Counted from the first letter of the whole stretch, positions 1 to 11,097 are shown. The stretch is 62,587 bases of DNA, filler included, from Asterionella formosa (GCA_002256025.1; 17 parts of 17 records of this genome joined end to end with filler, not necessarily neighbours in it); one strand, 5' to 3'. A program made the numbers and translations. The notes: generated from the sequence alone by a model not told the origin.

Positions 1-1
1 C

Positions 2-661
2 AACTTTTGGATTGCAACAGACGCCAATTGGACTCTCTGCGAGGCACCTAACGAGGCGATATCACCGAACTTCACCTCCAAAAGTGGTTCGTCCTACTAT
101 GACTTGGGACATGGGATTGTTCGGACCAGTGATCATTGGACTGGACAACATGGAGTGTATCGTATTGTTGATTGTCAGTGGAGATTGAACCAAGAACATA
201 TCAAAGGTCAGAATGTTAGTGCCTATTGTAGTTATGAAGGATTTGGGAAAGTACTATTCAGAGGACGGAAAACTATGAAACAACGGGGGATTGTCCTTGT
301 ACCAAGAAGGGAATCCAAAAGAGAACTAATCATGACAACACCGGGAAACATTGACTTTACCAATTTTTGGAGGGGAACTCTTGCCACATTCACTACATGT
401 GACGTTCCGGATCGAGACCCTGATTACAAGAGCAAAAGTGGATCGGTGTATTGGGATGAGGGGGATTCCGTTATTCGATGCAGTGATCACTGGAGTGAGC
501 AGCATGGAGTCATAAAGATCGTGGATTGCCATTGGACGATAGATCAGCCCTTTAAGAAACGCCAACCTGTTAGTGCCCGATGCTCCTACGATGACTTTGT
601 CAGACGGAAGAAAACGGAGACCAAAAACAAGAGAGTAGGATGGAGAAAATTAAGTCATTAA
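2..661 (+). CDS. Hypothetical protein (5' partial) with two tandem copies of an ~85-aa domain
   Basis: Frame is open from base 2. Copy 1 is NFWIAT...PNFTSKSGSSYYDLGHGIVRTSDHWTGQHGVYRIVDCQW...SAYCSYEGF. Copy 2 is NFWRGT...PDYKSKSGSVYWDEGDSVIRCSDHWSEQHGVIKIVDCHW...SARCSYDDF. Confidence 0.75.
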   Translation, partial: NFWIATDANWTLCEAPNEAISPNFTSKSGSSYYDLGHGIVRTSDHWTGQHGVYRIVDCQWRLNQEHIKGQNVSAYCSYEGFGKVLFRGRKTMKQRGIVLVPRRESKRELIMTTPGNIDFTNFWRGTLATFTTCDVPDRDPDYKSKSGSVYWDEGDSVIRCSDHWSEQHGVIKIVDCHWTIDQPFKKRQPVSARCSYDDFVRRKKTETKNKRVGWRKLSH

Positions 662-1098
662 GTTTCCTTCGTTTTCTATTGTTAGCACGTCTTGAAAAAA
701 GGTCCGACTCTTTCAACGACGATTGTGGTAAATGGACAGTCATTACAAAATAGCGGGTGACATTTCTATAAATACTTTTCACAACTAAGGAACACACATC
801 GCGGAGAACGCACCTGACAAAATCGGGTGCACTCGAATAAATTCTACAAAAATCTACGGCACCAATGGATTTCGGCACGTCCGTATCCATGAACAATCCA
901 GTTATACTTCCATGGCTTCGAACTCTTCGTCCAAAGCAACTCCTTTGTTTTATAGGATCGGAACCTGGTAGCCATAAAAATAAGTTTCATGTTCGTGTTG
1001 CTTTAGCCGCTGTGCGCGTTCTTATAGTCGTTTTATCAATTGATATTGTAGCCTTGTCACTTTTACCTCGGTTATAGAAATTTCCCGCTATAGCTTGT

Positions 1099-2699
1099 CT
1101 ATGGAAGCTTCAATTTATCTAAACCACTAGTCACCTTGGCAGAGGTGATGATATCTCCTTCTTTGATATCAGACAAGAAATCATTTCCTTCAACGACATA
1201 ACCAAAGCAAGGGTAACGACCATCCAACACATTCTTTCCAGCTGGAGTCAAATCAGAATCAAACAGCAACCAGAAGAACTGACTACTTCCGGAATTTGGA
1301 TCATATTCTTCTCTTGCCCATCCCATGGCCCCATAGGAAGAAAAAGGTAAGACAGTGGCTTGACCACCACGACCTTCATCTTCCATTGTGGTTTCGTAAA
1401 AAGGTCCCTTATCACCTTTTATGAAAGTTTCCAATGGAATTAAACGTTCGCCATGTTTTCCAGCACCAAGAGCCTTTCCAGGCTTGCCAACGTAGCCATC
1501 TGCCTCTCCTTCCGGATTACCAGTTTGCACCACAAATCCATCACTACGCTGAATATCCATCTTGGTGTAAAAGCCCTTATTTACTAAATCAACAAAGTTG
1601 CCTCCAGTGACAGGGGCTGAGATTGTAAATGGATAACGCGAAACCGATTGTATGCGATGAAGGTTAGAAGATTCAAGCGTACAGCAATTTGAACCACCCA
1701 CCGCAAAGAAAAGCTCCTTTCAACTTACCAGTGTACCCATCAATTACCATGACTAACTTGGCTTCGTCGAAGTTCTCTCCATTAATATCAAAAACTCCAC
1801 CATTTGCCTTTTTCAAGACAAATTCAACTGTTGCGCGTCCCTTAAGCTGCGGCAGATCATTATATTCTTCAGGCACGGGTGTTTCATATCCCCGTGGGAC
1901 CATATTTTCTTCCAATTTGTTCAATTCTTTTGTCAGCAATGTTTGTGCCACATATGCCTTGTCCAAGGCTGTGCGTTCTTGTTCGGAACCCCGAGATGCT
2001 TCTTGGGAATCCAAAAGAGCCTTTTCGAGGGGGTCTAACTCAGTGCTGATAGTGTTTAGAAGAGAGGTACAATACGTGGCATCCTGGCAGGACGCTGTGA
2101 TCTTACTACTTTTGGTTTTGATTTGAGTCCGTGCCTTCTTGACCCCGTCCAGTGCAGCAGCCTTGCGTTTGGAGCTAACATCTGTTTTAATATCTTCAAT
2201 CGTAGACTGAAGTTGACGGACCTGTGAAGTAGCATGGTGTTGTAGGATGGACGACATAGAAAGATGATGCGTGATGTGTGAGCATTAGTTTGAATGCACA
2301 GATCGTGTGAGCTTCGACAACTGCAAACAGAACAAACAACAGGAAGATGACATGAAATGGATATCTACAAAAACACACCTCCTTGTTATCAATTGGAAGA
2401 CCAAGTCGAAGCAAGGATTCAGGATCTTTATTCACTCGAGAACCTGATCCCGATGCCATTTCCTTAGCAACAGCTGTATTGGTGGGAAGGTGATCCAAGA
2501 ATGAGATAGCAGGGGCAGACCAAAGTGAAGCAGTCAATACAGCCACCGCCATGACCTTGGACGCTTGGTCTTGTAGGAATGCCATCTCTTTGTTGACGGC
2601 TTGCAGTGGCGTGGCGAAACTTCGTCGATGAGAAGCCGATGGACTGAAGGCGGATGCCGCAATCATCAGGACCGAAAAGGTAGCAAAGAAACACTTCAT
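1099..2699 (-). CDS. CYP38: Thylakoid-lumen cyclophilin-type PPIase, CYP38/TLP40 family. Exons 2699-2379, 2221-1729, 1616-1099 (~443 aa)
   Basis: GT-AG introns at 2378-2222 and 1728-1617 join three ORFs in frame. Motifs: KDPESLLRLGLPI, LPQLKGRATVE, IDGYTAPVTGGNFVDLV, SGSSQFFW, LDGRYPCFGYV. The N-terminus has a signal peptide plus ASAF motif and a second hydrophobic stretch ending AVA (lumen targeting). Confidence 0.9.
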
Positions 2700-3081
2700 T
2701 CTCTACAACTTTTCTTTATGGCTTGCTTAAGTACTGAAGCGGCTAGACCTGAAGGAGAGCCTTTCCGTTCTACTGTTGTGGAAATGTAATTGCTGCAATG
2801 ATGAATCTACGCTATGATGTTCTAGCCGATGCACTGAAATGCATGTCAAATGGACAATCTTGATGACACAGGATTCGCCCTTGGTTGGCACCATCACTGA
2901 CGTTATCGACTCGAATGAGTCCTGAGTCAAGAATGAGAAGCAAGCCAAGAAAGATTTGCTTCCACTAGCATGCGCCTTGTGACTGTTCTCTTAGGCTGTG
3001 ACGGATTAGGTTTAAACATGCATGGCAGATTGCCCAAGCACACGGCACCGCCTCCTTGTCCCTCAGCCCATCAAACCCAAA

Positions 3082-3501
3082 NNNNNNNNNNNNNNNNNNN
3101 NNNNNNNNNNNNNNNNNNNNNNNNNNNNNNNNNNNNNNNNNNNNNNNNNNNNNNNNNNNNNNNNNNNNNNNNNNNNNNNNNNNNNNNNNNNNNNNNNNNN
3201 NNNNNNNNNNNNNNNNNNNNNNNNNNNNNNNNNNNNNNNNNNNNNNNNNNNNNNNNNNNNNNNNNNNNNNNNNNNNNNNNNNNNNNNNNNNNNNNNNNNN
3301 NNNNNNNNNNNNNNNNNNNNNNNNNNNNNNNNNNNNNNNNNNNNNNNNNNNNNNNNNNNNNNNNNNNNNNNNNNNNNNNNNNNNNNNNNNNNNNNNNNNN
3401 NNNNNNNNNNNNNNNNNNNNNNNNNNNNNNNNNNNNNNNNNNNNNNNNNNNNNNNNNNNNNNNNNNNNNNNNNNNNNNNNNNNNNNNNNNNNNNNNNNNN
3501 N
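3082..3501. other. Scaffold gap (N run)
   Basis: Continuous N run. Confidence 1.
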
Positions 3502-4923
3502 AGAAATTCCTTCTTCCACCGCTCTTTTGTTGCTGCACGTCGACTTGGCCGAAGAGCTTGAAAAGCAAGCTGAATAGCAATTCTTCGACCATGTTCTTCC
3601 CATCCATTACCCAGACATCGTTCCAGAACAGCCCCTGCTACAGCTGCCATGAGTGGTGGACATACGGCATTTCCAATCATTCGATATTGTTCTTTAATGT
3701 AAGCCATTTCACCTTGATCTATTTGTTGAAGTGGGAGTTGGAAGGTCATTGGAAATCCCATGACTGATGCACATTCACGTGGTGACATGCGACGAGGTGT
3801 ACGGCTGGTGGGTACCAATTGAGAATTACCCTTTCCAACGCAAACCCCATAATGAGAATCAAGAGTGTCACACACAGTATCCTCCCATGCGAGTCTAGAG
3901 GGTTTCCATTTGGACTTTTTCGAACCAAGTTGTTCCATTTGAGCATCTGTCATTTCTAAAATGGATTTGTCTAATTCGTAGTCCAAGACATCTCCAGCTC
4001 GCAACCCCAAATCAGGAATGTAAGGAAATTCAAATGGCGTAGCGGTCGTGTTACATGATGGACTACTTCGCAATCCCACAAATAGTAGCCGCTTTCTGGA
4101 AGTTGCTGTAACACATCGAGCCGATATTACCTCTGTTTTGACCTGATATCCAACTCCCTCCAACGCTTTGACTATAGTTTGAAAGGCATCAGGCAGTTGT
4201 AACATACCAGGTACATTTTCTAACAAAAAGGCCTTTGGTTGGACCACTTGAAGGAATCTAACAATTTCAAGAAAAAGTCCCCCACGAGTGGTATCATTCA
4301 ATCCAGGTTGAGATCCCAGAGCGGAAAAAGGTTGACATGGAAAGCCTCCCACCAATAGATCCACTGGAATTTTCGTTAGAGCGGCTAGTTGATGGTTGGT
4401 AACTTTGTAAATATCACCATGCATGTCCGCAGCATCCATGGTTGAATTATTTCGGTAGACAGTTTGGCACCGGTCCAACACTTCTGAACAAAACACACAT
4501 TTACCTCCCATGGCTTCCAACGCCAGCCCAAATCCTCCAATCCCCGCAAACATTTCGCAAAACTTAAATGTCTCAGCAGGGAATGATGATGAAGTAGTGG
4601 TAGTAGTAGTGCTTCGTCGTTCTGGATGAACCGTTGCATCCACGCACTCCTGTTTTGGTATTTTGTTACTGGGTGTCACAAGCTTGTGAATTATTTGCAC
4701 TCCATCTGTCTGAAGTAGTTTTTTGATATCTTCGTTTGTATTTAGTAGTTGTACCACCGCGGTTGATATCAATGGTATCCCCATGCTGTCATTGTTCACG
4801 CGATGTGTCCTCGAACCATGCCGACCTGCTGAATGCCAAGGTCGAGGAACACTACCAGTAAGAAGGAGTGTTTGATACGCCGATTTGGTTAGTTTGGGAG
4901 GAACCAAAAGGACTGCTTCCATT

Positions 4924-4957
<34 letters not shown>

Positions 4958-5015
4958 CATTTGGATTGTTGTGTTCAGCCGCATCCATCCCGATCTCAAT
5001 TTGTCGTGTTTTCAT
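3502..5015 (-). CDS. DNA (cytosine-5)-methyltransferase with bacterial Dcm/HhaI-like motif order; 3' end lost in the gap; start ATG at 5015 or 4988
   Basis: Motif I EMFAGIGG, motif IV GGFPCQPFS, motif VI LLENVPG, motif VIII SRKRLLFVG, TRD DTL, motif IX RRMSPRECASVMGFP, motif X YRMIGNAVCPP. Intronless, with a poly-Asn N-terminal extension. Confidence 0.93.
4927..4957. repeat. (TTG)n microsatellite encoding the poly-Asn tract of the methyltransferase
   Basis: About 10 consecutive ttg units. Confidence 0.9.
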
Positions 5016-5270
5016 GAATGACAAGCCAATTAATTTATCCTTGTTTCGGCAGCAGGACAATGACAATCAATCAAGCAAAGCACACGTTCATGAAGAAGCA
5101 ACATCAATGACAGTGGGTATATGGTAGGCAAATAAATACAATCAAAGTGTGCACAGCCTTGACTTTCGCTCGAGTGCAATTGAAATAACATGATCTGATG
5201 GGACCTCACAAATTGAGAGATGCGAGCGCGTCTGGCATGGTACGTTGTACATGTCTGCATGGTATCGGGG

Positions 5271-5402
5271 GTACTGGTACCAGTACAAACCGGTAGGCCA
5301 CTTCCCAAATGCTGTACTGTACAGGTACCCTGGTACCTGGTTGGCAAATACCGGTACTCCTGGTAAGTACCAGGTACCTGGTTGGAGTAGGACCTGGTAC
5401 TT
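5271..5402. repeat. Cluster of GGTACC/CCWGG palindromic motifs in a divergent intergenic region
   Basis: Perfect palindromes gtactggtaccagtac (5271-5286) and accaggtacctggt (5369-5382), plus several partial units. Confidence 0.75.
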
Positions 5403-6070
5403 GGAATTTGGAACTACCTGTTGTCCTTTATTATCCAAGAAGCAATGTGGTGGCGTTCCCACTCTGCCTCACCACAATCCTGTCAACATACATACATGCA
5501 AACATACAAGGAATACATTACCGGTAGTGCGTTGTCAGTCTATGGCGTCGACATGGCACTTATGTATGTAATGTCATACTGATGACCACATCATGATCGG
5601 ATTAAATAAATAAACGTTTTATAGTACCAGGTACCAGGGACCGGGAATACGATGACACCACGTCATGGAATCTTCTGTTCGCACTGTCATGAGGTTGATT
5701 GTGTATTTCATAAAGACATGTATATATTGAAATGATAGCAACTGAATGGAAGCTCCATGAACACAGTTCGGATTCTAATCCACTATTCCGGTATCAGGGT
5801 TACCTGCACACGCACATTCCAATACTGTTTTGGAGCGGCGCAGTAGACTACCGGCAATACTATGAGTATTTTACCGAAAGTTAGTTAGTAGCTACATACA
5901 GTTTTTACATATGACATTAGTATGATCATATTTCTGAAAGTGACTTATTTTACTGACATCAGCCTTTCCCACTTCATTCCCATCGCTGCTGCTTGCCATT
6001 CGATTGCTTTTCCCTCGATATAAACGTCTTTGAACACCACTCCTTCGTTGCCCTCATCGCTAGTGTCATC

Positions 6071-6751
6071 ATGATGTTCCTTCAAAGTCTCCTTGCTGTT
6101 ATGCTGTTGGTGGCACCCGCCTCGTTCGGATTTGTTGCCGTTGCTCCGCCCTTGTCCCGGACGACTTGTACTGCATTGGCCATGGCCAACAACGAAGATA
6201 TGATGCGATGGGCACGAGCCTCTAGGCAGGCCTCATCGGACGATCGCGTGGTGGAACTCCGACGTCCCTTGGGACTGGTGTTGAATGAAGATGACAATGG
6301 GAATGTCTACGTTGAAACTGTCGCTCCAAAAGGAAATGCTGCTCGAGCTGGAGGGGTAGGTTGCTTTCGTTCTGTGGCTAGCTGACTTCAGATGCCACTG
6401 CTGCTAGAGAGCGCTCTTCTAACTGTATTAACAATCCACCATTTATTACAGGTCAAGGAAGGTGATGTGGTCACCATGTGTTCGGCAACCTTTGGAGATC
6501 AAATGTGGTCCACCCGCGGTGTGGGATTGACTAGAGTGTTGGCGGCTATTCGAGTTAGATCAGGACCAACAGTCAAGTTGGTCTTTGAGAGTGCGACGGA
6601 AGGACGAAAGAAGGCGGCCTTTTCGGTGCAACAAGCCAAGGCCATGGAAGATGCACGACAGGCGGCGCAAGCGAAAAAGGATACACTTTTGAAGGAATTG
6701 GAAAAGGATGAACTAAAATTGAAAAAGGGAAAGTTTTTGGGATTGTTTTAG
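6071..6751 (+). CDS. Plastid-targeted PDZ-domain protein (MET1/TEF30-like PDZ). Exons 6071-6355 and 6452-6751 (~194 aa)
   Basis: The intron gtaggt...ttacag joins RPLGLVLNEDDNGNVYVETVAPKGNAARAGG to VKEGDVVTMCSATFGDQMWS. Signal peptide ends ASFG-F. C-terminal coiled coil. Confidence 0.8.
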
Positions 6752-7170
6752 AATGGCATGCATTCCATGAGGACAGTACAGCTTTGAACTGCAAAATGCT
6801 GCCATTTTATTTTACCAATTAGAAAATTGATCCACAAGAAATCATGAATGATTGCACTACAACAAACTATCCTGTGTTTGACATGGGTAGAAACTGAACG
6901 ATTCCATTCATTTTGTCTACAAAGTATAAGCTAAAAGTAGACAATTCTTTCAAAGAATAGCTTGCTTGCTGCTAATAGTATTTGCCCACAACGTCAGTGT
7001 TTGTGTTTCCTTGTTTTCTAAACTTGAAATGTCATAGTTCCCATCACACTGGAAGGTTTTAATTGATGTTACTGTTCCTATTGATCAGAACGCATCCAAT
7101 TTCTGCATCATCAAATGGGACTGGAAAGAGAAAAAGGATAAAACAATGGATTCGTTGACTGACTTGTTTT

Positions 7171-8583
7171 TCACTTCACGATTACTTCACCTGCTCCTCC
7201 TCCATCGCCATTTAATCGTTCCTGTCTGTCTTTTGCGGACTTTTGTGCTGCACCAAAGAAGTCATGTTTCACAGCGGCCACGATACTGGATCGGCGAGTG
7301 GGTTCCAGCGCCAAACACTTGTGTAAGAGATCTGAGAACAATAGTACCAATGGCCGAGAGTCGGTGGGGGACTTGGATTTCAACAAAAGTTGTTGTAACG
7401 GTGCTGTGGGGAATTTTAGCAGCGACATGGGGTGCACCACGGCCCGATTTGTGACTGGATCGACGCTGGACTTTAGAAATTGATACTGTTGTTGCGACAT
7501 TGAAAAATGCGACACAATTCCTGCATGTTTTGTCATGGCAACATGATGATGTCGAATGGTCTTATTAGGGACTGGTCCTAATTTCGCCATGAATTGAAAG
7601 ATCATATCATTGTTTGATTTACCAGCGAATAATACAGACCCCGTAAAGAGTTCTGCGACTGTGACGGCAATACTCCATAGATCAAGAGCTGGGGTGGGTG
7701 TGTCTCCTAAAATAACTTCGGGAGCTCGATAATACCTCGATACTAAATACGGCGTCGGCAAAGTCGATCCTTCTTCCATGGCACTCCCAAAGTCACAAAA
7801 TTGACAGGTCGTAAAGTCATGACATACCAAAATGTTGTCCGGTTTCAAATCAGCATGAATGATGCCATGTATTTCTAGATGATGTAGGGCAGATAGAAAT
7901 TGTCCAAAGTACGATGCGACAGCTGTTAGACTCAAACCAATACCCTTGCCAAACTTCTGTAATACATCCCGTAAGTTGTAACGAATAAATGGAAAGATCA
8001 ATACAACATGACCCCGATGTTCTAGCAAATCAGGTATCAACAAGGATACAATGTGTGGATGGGAGGCCAGTTTCTGCAAGAAACGCACTTCTGATTGTGC
8101 GGCCTTGGCCATGGTATCATTGTGGCGAATCATTTTGATTGCGACAGTTGGTGGGAATGAGTTACTACAAGTTGATGAGGTTGTTGTTGTGGAACATTGC
8201 AGCACTGTGGAAAATACTCCCTTGCCAACCACCCCCAAGACAGTAAACTGTGTGTTGGCCAAATCCAATGTTTCTCCCATCACAGCCTTGTAATATCCTT
8301 CTTCATCTTGGTAATCTGCAGCCATCATTGTGGTACCAAGTTTGGTGCTGGAGATCCTGGCTCGTTTTGTTGATGTTGCATCAAAATTATCACTATCATC
8401 GTCAGGTGCAATGGACGAAGAAAACATGTCAAAGATATCTTCCTCCTTGTCATCATTCGTCGTCATGTTGGTGGGTTCGATGCGAGGAGCTGATTCCAGT
8501 TCTAGTGCTTCTGTAGTACCAAGTCTAGCTCGACGAAGATTCGTTCCTTCTTGGTGGATTTTGAGTGGCTGTTGCTGTTGGTG
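7171..8583 (-). CDS. PRPF4B: Pre-mRNA splicing kinase PRP4 (PRPF4B); 5' end may run into the gap
   Basis: Motifs DYQDEEGYY, GKGVFSTV, VAIK, NLRDVLQKFGKGIGLSL, HADLKPDN, DFGSA, TPYLVSRYYRAPE, GKSNNDM match the PRP4 kinase subfamily. Confidence 0.92.
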   Translation of the reverse strand, partial: HQQQQPLKIHQEGTNLRRARLGTTEALELESAPRIEPTNMTTNDDKEEDIFDMFSSSIAPDDDSDNFDATSTKRARISSTKLGTTMMAADYQDEEGYYKAVMGETLDLANTQFTVLGVVGKGVFSTVLQCSTTTTSSTCSNSFPPTVAIKMIRHNDTMAKAAQSEVRFLQKLASHPHIVSLLIPDLLEHRGHVVLIFPFIRYNLRDVLQKFGKGIGLSLTAVASYFGQFLSALHHLEIHGIIHADLKPDNILVCHDFTTCQFCDFGSAMEEGSTLPTPYLVSRYYRAPEVILGDTPTPALDLWSIAVTVAELFTGSVLFAGKSNNDMIFQFMAKLGPVPNKTIRHHHVAMTKHAGIVSHFSMSQQQYQFLKSSVDPVTNRAVVHPMSLLKFPTAPLQQLLLKSKSPTDSRPLVLLFSDLLHKCLALEPTRRSSIVAAVKHDFFGAAQKSAKDRQERLNGDGGGAGEVIVK

Positions 8584-9201
8584 NNNNNNNNNNNNNNNNN
8601 NNNNNNNNNNNNNNNNNNNNNNNNNNNNNNNNNNNNNNNNNNNNNNNNNNNNNNNNNNNNNNNNNNNNNNNNNNNNNNNNNNNNNNNNNNNNNNNNNNNN
8701 NNNNNNNNNNNNNNNNNNNNNNNNNNNNNNNNNNNNNNNNNNNNNNNNNNNNNNNNNNNNNNNNNNNNNNNNNNNNNNNNNNNNNNNNNNNNNNNNNNNN
8801 NNNNNNNNNNNNNNNNNNNNNNNNNNNNNNNNNNNNNNNNNNNNNNNNNNNNNNNNNNNNNNNNNNNNNNNNNNNNNNNNNNNNNNNNNNNNNNNNNNNN
8901 NNNNNNNNNNNNNNNNNNNNNNNNNNNNNNNNNNNNNNNNNNNNNNNNNNNNNNNNNNNNNNNNNNNNNNNNNNNNNNNNNNNNNNNNNNNNNNNNNNNN
9001 NNNNNNNNNNNNNNNNNNNNNNNNNNNNNNNNNNNNNNNNNNNNNNNNNNNNNNNNNNNNNNNNNNNNNNNNNNNNNNNNNNNNNNNNNNNNNNNNNNNN
9101 NNNNNNNNNNNNNNNNNNNNNNNNNNNNNNNNNNNNNNNNNNNNNNNNNNNNNNNNNNNNNNNNNNNNNNNNNNNNNNNNNNNNNNNNNNNNNNNNNNNN
9201 N
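8584..9201. other. Scaffold gap (N run)
   Basis: Continuous N run. Confidence 1.
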
Positions 9202-10309
9202 TATTTGTTGCACTCAAGGTCAAACCTACCAATTTTTTGGGGTTAATTTCGAAAAATGATATCTTTAAAATATTTGCCATTATAGCTATAACTTTAGTTC
9301 CCATTGCAATGGGGAGTTGTTTGGACTAAATGTTTCCAGTAATGGGAGCTATGGGGAGCAACACAAATGCTGCGGCAAATGCCATGATTGAGCAGGATGA
9401 TGATATCAGGATCAAACTGGCTGTTGTGGAGGATATTTTGGGCAAAAGCTGTTGGATGCCATCAATGCTCTCCTCATCAAGGATGGCACAGATTTTTGTA
9501 CTTTTTCTGGGCAGGAAAGGCAATGTGCAAGGCCCAAGTACATCGACAAGAAGTTATTGCAGGTTCTAGAGCTTTATAATGATGATGAGAATTCAATGAT
9601 GAGAAAGAAGGAGAGCAACAAGCACGCACTGTAAGCCACCACTTGGTGAGCAACAATCTTAATGACTTTGAAAGAATTAGATCTTAATGGCTCAATACAC
9701 TGAATCAAAACTGATTACTTACACATGCAACAATTACTACAGGCAACAGGCCTGTCTATTTGGATTCATTGGAGACTTTGTGTGAATGTTAATGAGTTTG
9801 TCTACACTAAAATAGGAACATTATTGTGGGATCAGAATATATAGCATATTTTTAATGAATCATGGTATGACGGTGTGTCTTATTCGCTAGTAAATGTTAG
9901 CAGTAGAGTAATTCTTGTTTGAATCAAGCTCATCATTATGACAAACCTTTGTATATATGTGTAGCTTTGTCTAGCTTCATTGTGATGAAACATTTCTGCT
10001 ACATGCTGTTTCTACGTCAAAACATACAAGCGCAAAAACTCAAAAAAATATCATTGTTACTTTGCGATTACTCCACGCCAAAACAGATATATAAATCAAG
10101 AGTATGTACTACTCATGGCTCTTGTTTAAGCAAAAGAAGTAGATTTAAATTACTCTAGCTACGTCCAAAGGCATGTATTTAAATATGTACTGGATTATAG
10201 TCTTGGTTAATGACGATGGCAGGCAGGATGACACTATAAAGGCACCAGTACTGCCTGCTGATTATTTTACTTACCAGTATACGCACAGTACATCTTATAC
10301 ATGTGGTTC

Positions 10310-10880
10310 AAGTGAGGCTGGCGTAATTTTACAAGACTGGGATACTCCAGCCGAGCTAAAGCAGGTGAGCAAATTCAATTCAACCAATCAAAATAAGTGT
10401 AGTGGCTGATGCGGGAACTAACCATGGAGTCTTTTCGGACAGAGAATTATGCAGGCAAATAAACCTAGCTACGCAAGACTCCCATGTTTACAATAACATT
10501 TTCACATGTAAAAATTCCGATTCCAATATTTTAGTGACTGTTGAAAAAGTCGATTGGGTCGGCTTTTTGGAGGAGGATTGCTCTACATCTAGCACCGGAG
10601 GGTTTCATGACAATTAAAATAGATAGCCATGTACCCTAGTATAACGTCAGGAGTTAACTTCTGGAGAGAAGTGGTAGTTATGTATCGTAGATTTTTTGAA
10701 AAACTTAGTAGCCCCTTTTTTGACTACTTTTGTGGTAGTTACAAATCTATTATACGTGACTGCCACTTCTTTCTAGAAATGGGGGGGGGGTCCTTACCAT
10801 CTCTGAATATTGATCATAGTCGAGCAATGTCTGTATCCAAGCATATGCAAAGTGGTTGAATTGCTGAAGGCTAATTTTAC
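10310..10880 (+). repeat. Dispersed hairpin-bearing repeat family, copy A (boundaries approximate)
   Basis: Collinear similarity to 59450-60056, 42622-42940 and 55600-55925 (reverse), e.g. accaatcaaaata, gattcc.a.att.t...ac.gttgaaaa and ctgtat..aag.at.tg.aaag. Stem 10659-10694 pairs with 10743-10778. Confidence 0.75.
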
Positions 10881-10966
10881 CTTCAACTATTTTATTTAGT
10901 TGTACATCATGTGTGGATTGAGGTACATCATAAAAATATTTGTGAAAAAACGGCCCTCGCTACCAT

Positions 10967-11097
10967 GTGTAGCTAACTGTGGGGACTTTGTACAGATAGA
11001 GAGTAGGGCGAGAACACGAGACAGGCATTCACAGACAAACAGACAGACACATGAATCTACCGATACGTCATGATAGGACGCACAGTGATTCATAACA
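10967..11097 (+). mobile_element. 5'-truncated solo LTR of the short-LTR family at 50816-50955
   Basis: Reverse-complement match to 50816-50955 (gactttgta..gatagagagtag...gagaacacgagacaggc..tcacagacaaacagacag), ending exactly at the gattcataaCA terminus. Confidence 0.75.

Noticed and set aside
1689..2126. Antisense ORFs over real genes (also 8051-8516, 20411-21014, 31087-32241, 46805-47011)
   Set aside because: They are shadows of well-supported coding frames on the opposite strand.
2965..3767. Long ORFs across the first N gap (likewise 8330-9329)
   Set aside because: Their length comes from N codons. Only the methyltransferase and PRP4 frames have real support.
3502..6751. Bacterial restriction-modification locus or contamination
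   Set aside because: No endonuclease is visible, and the flanking genes have spliceosomal introns and plastid presequences.
9202..9700. Coding-like fragments here and at 15560-16260, 21900-22800, 32566-33280, 39850-40110 and 48786-49291
   Set aside because: They look like decayed gene or TE sequence, but I could not recognise any motif well enough to call them.
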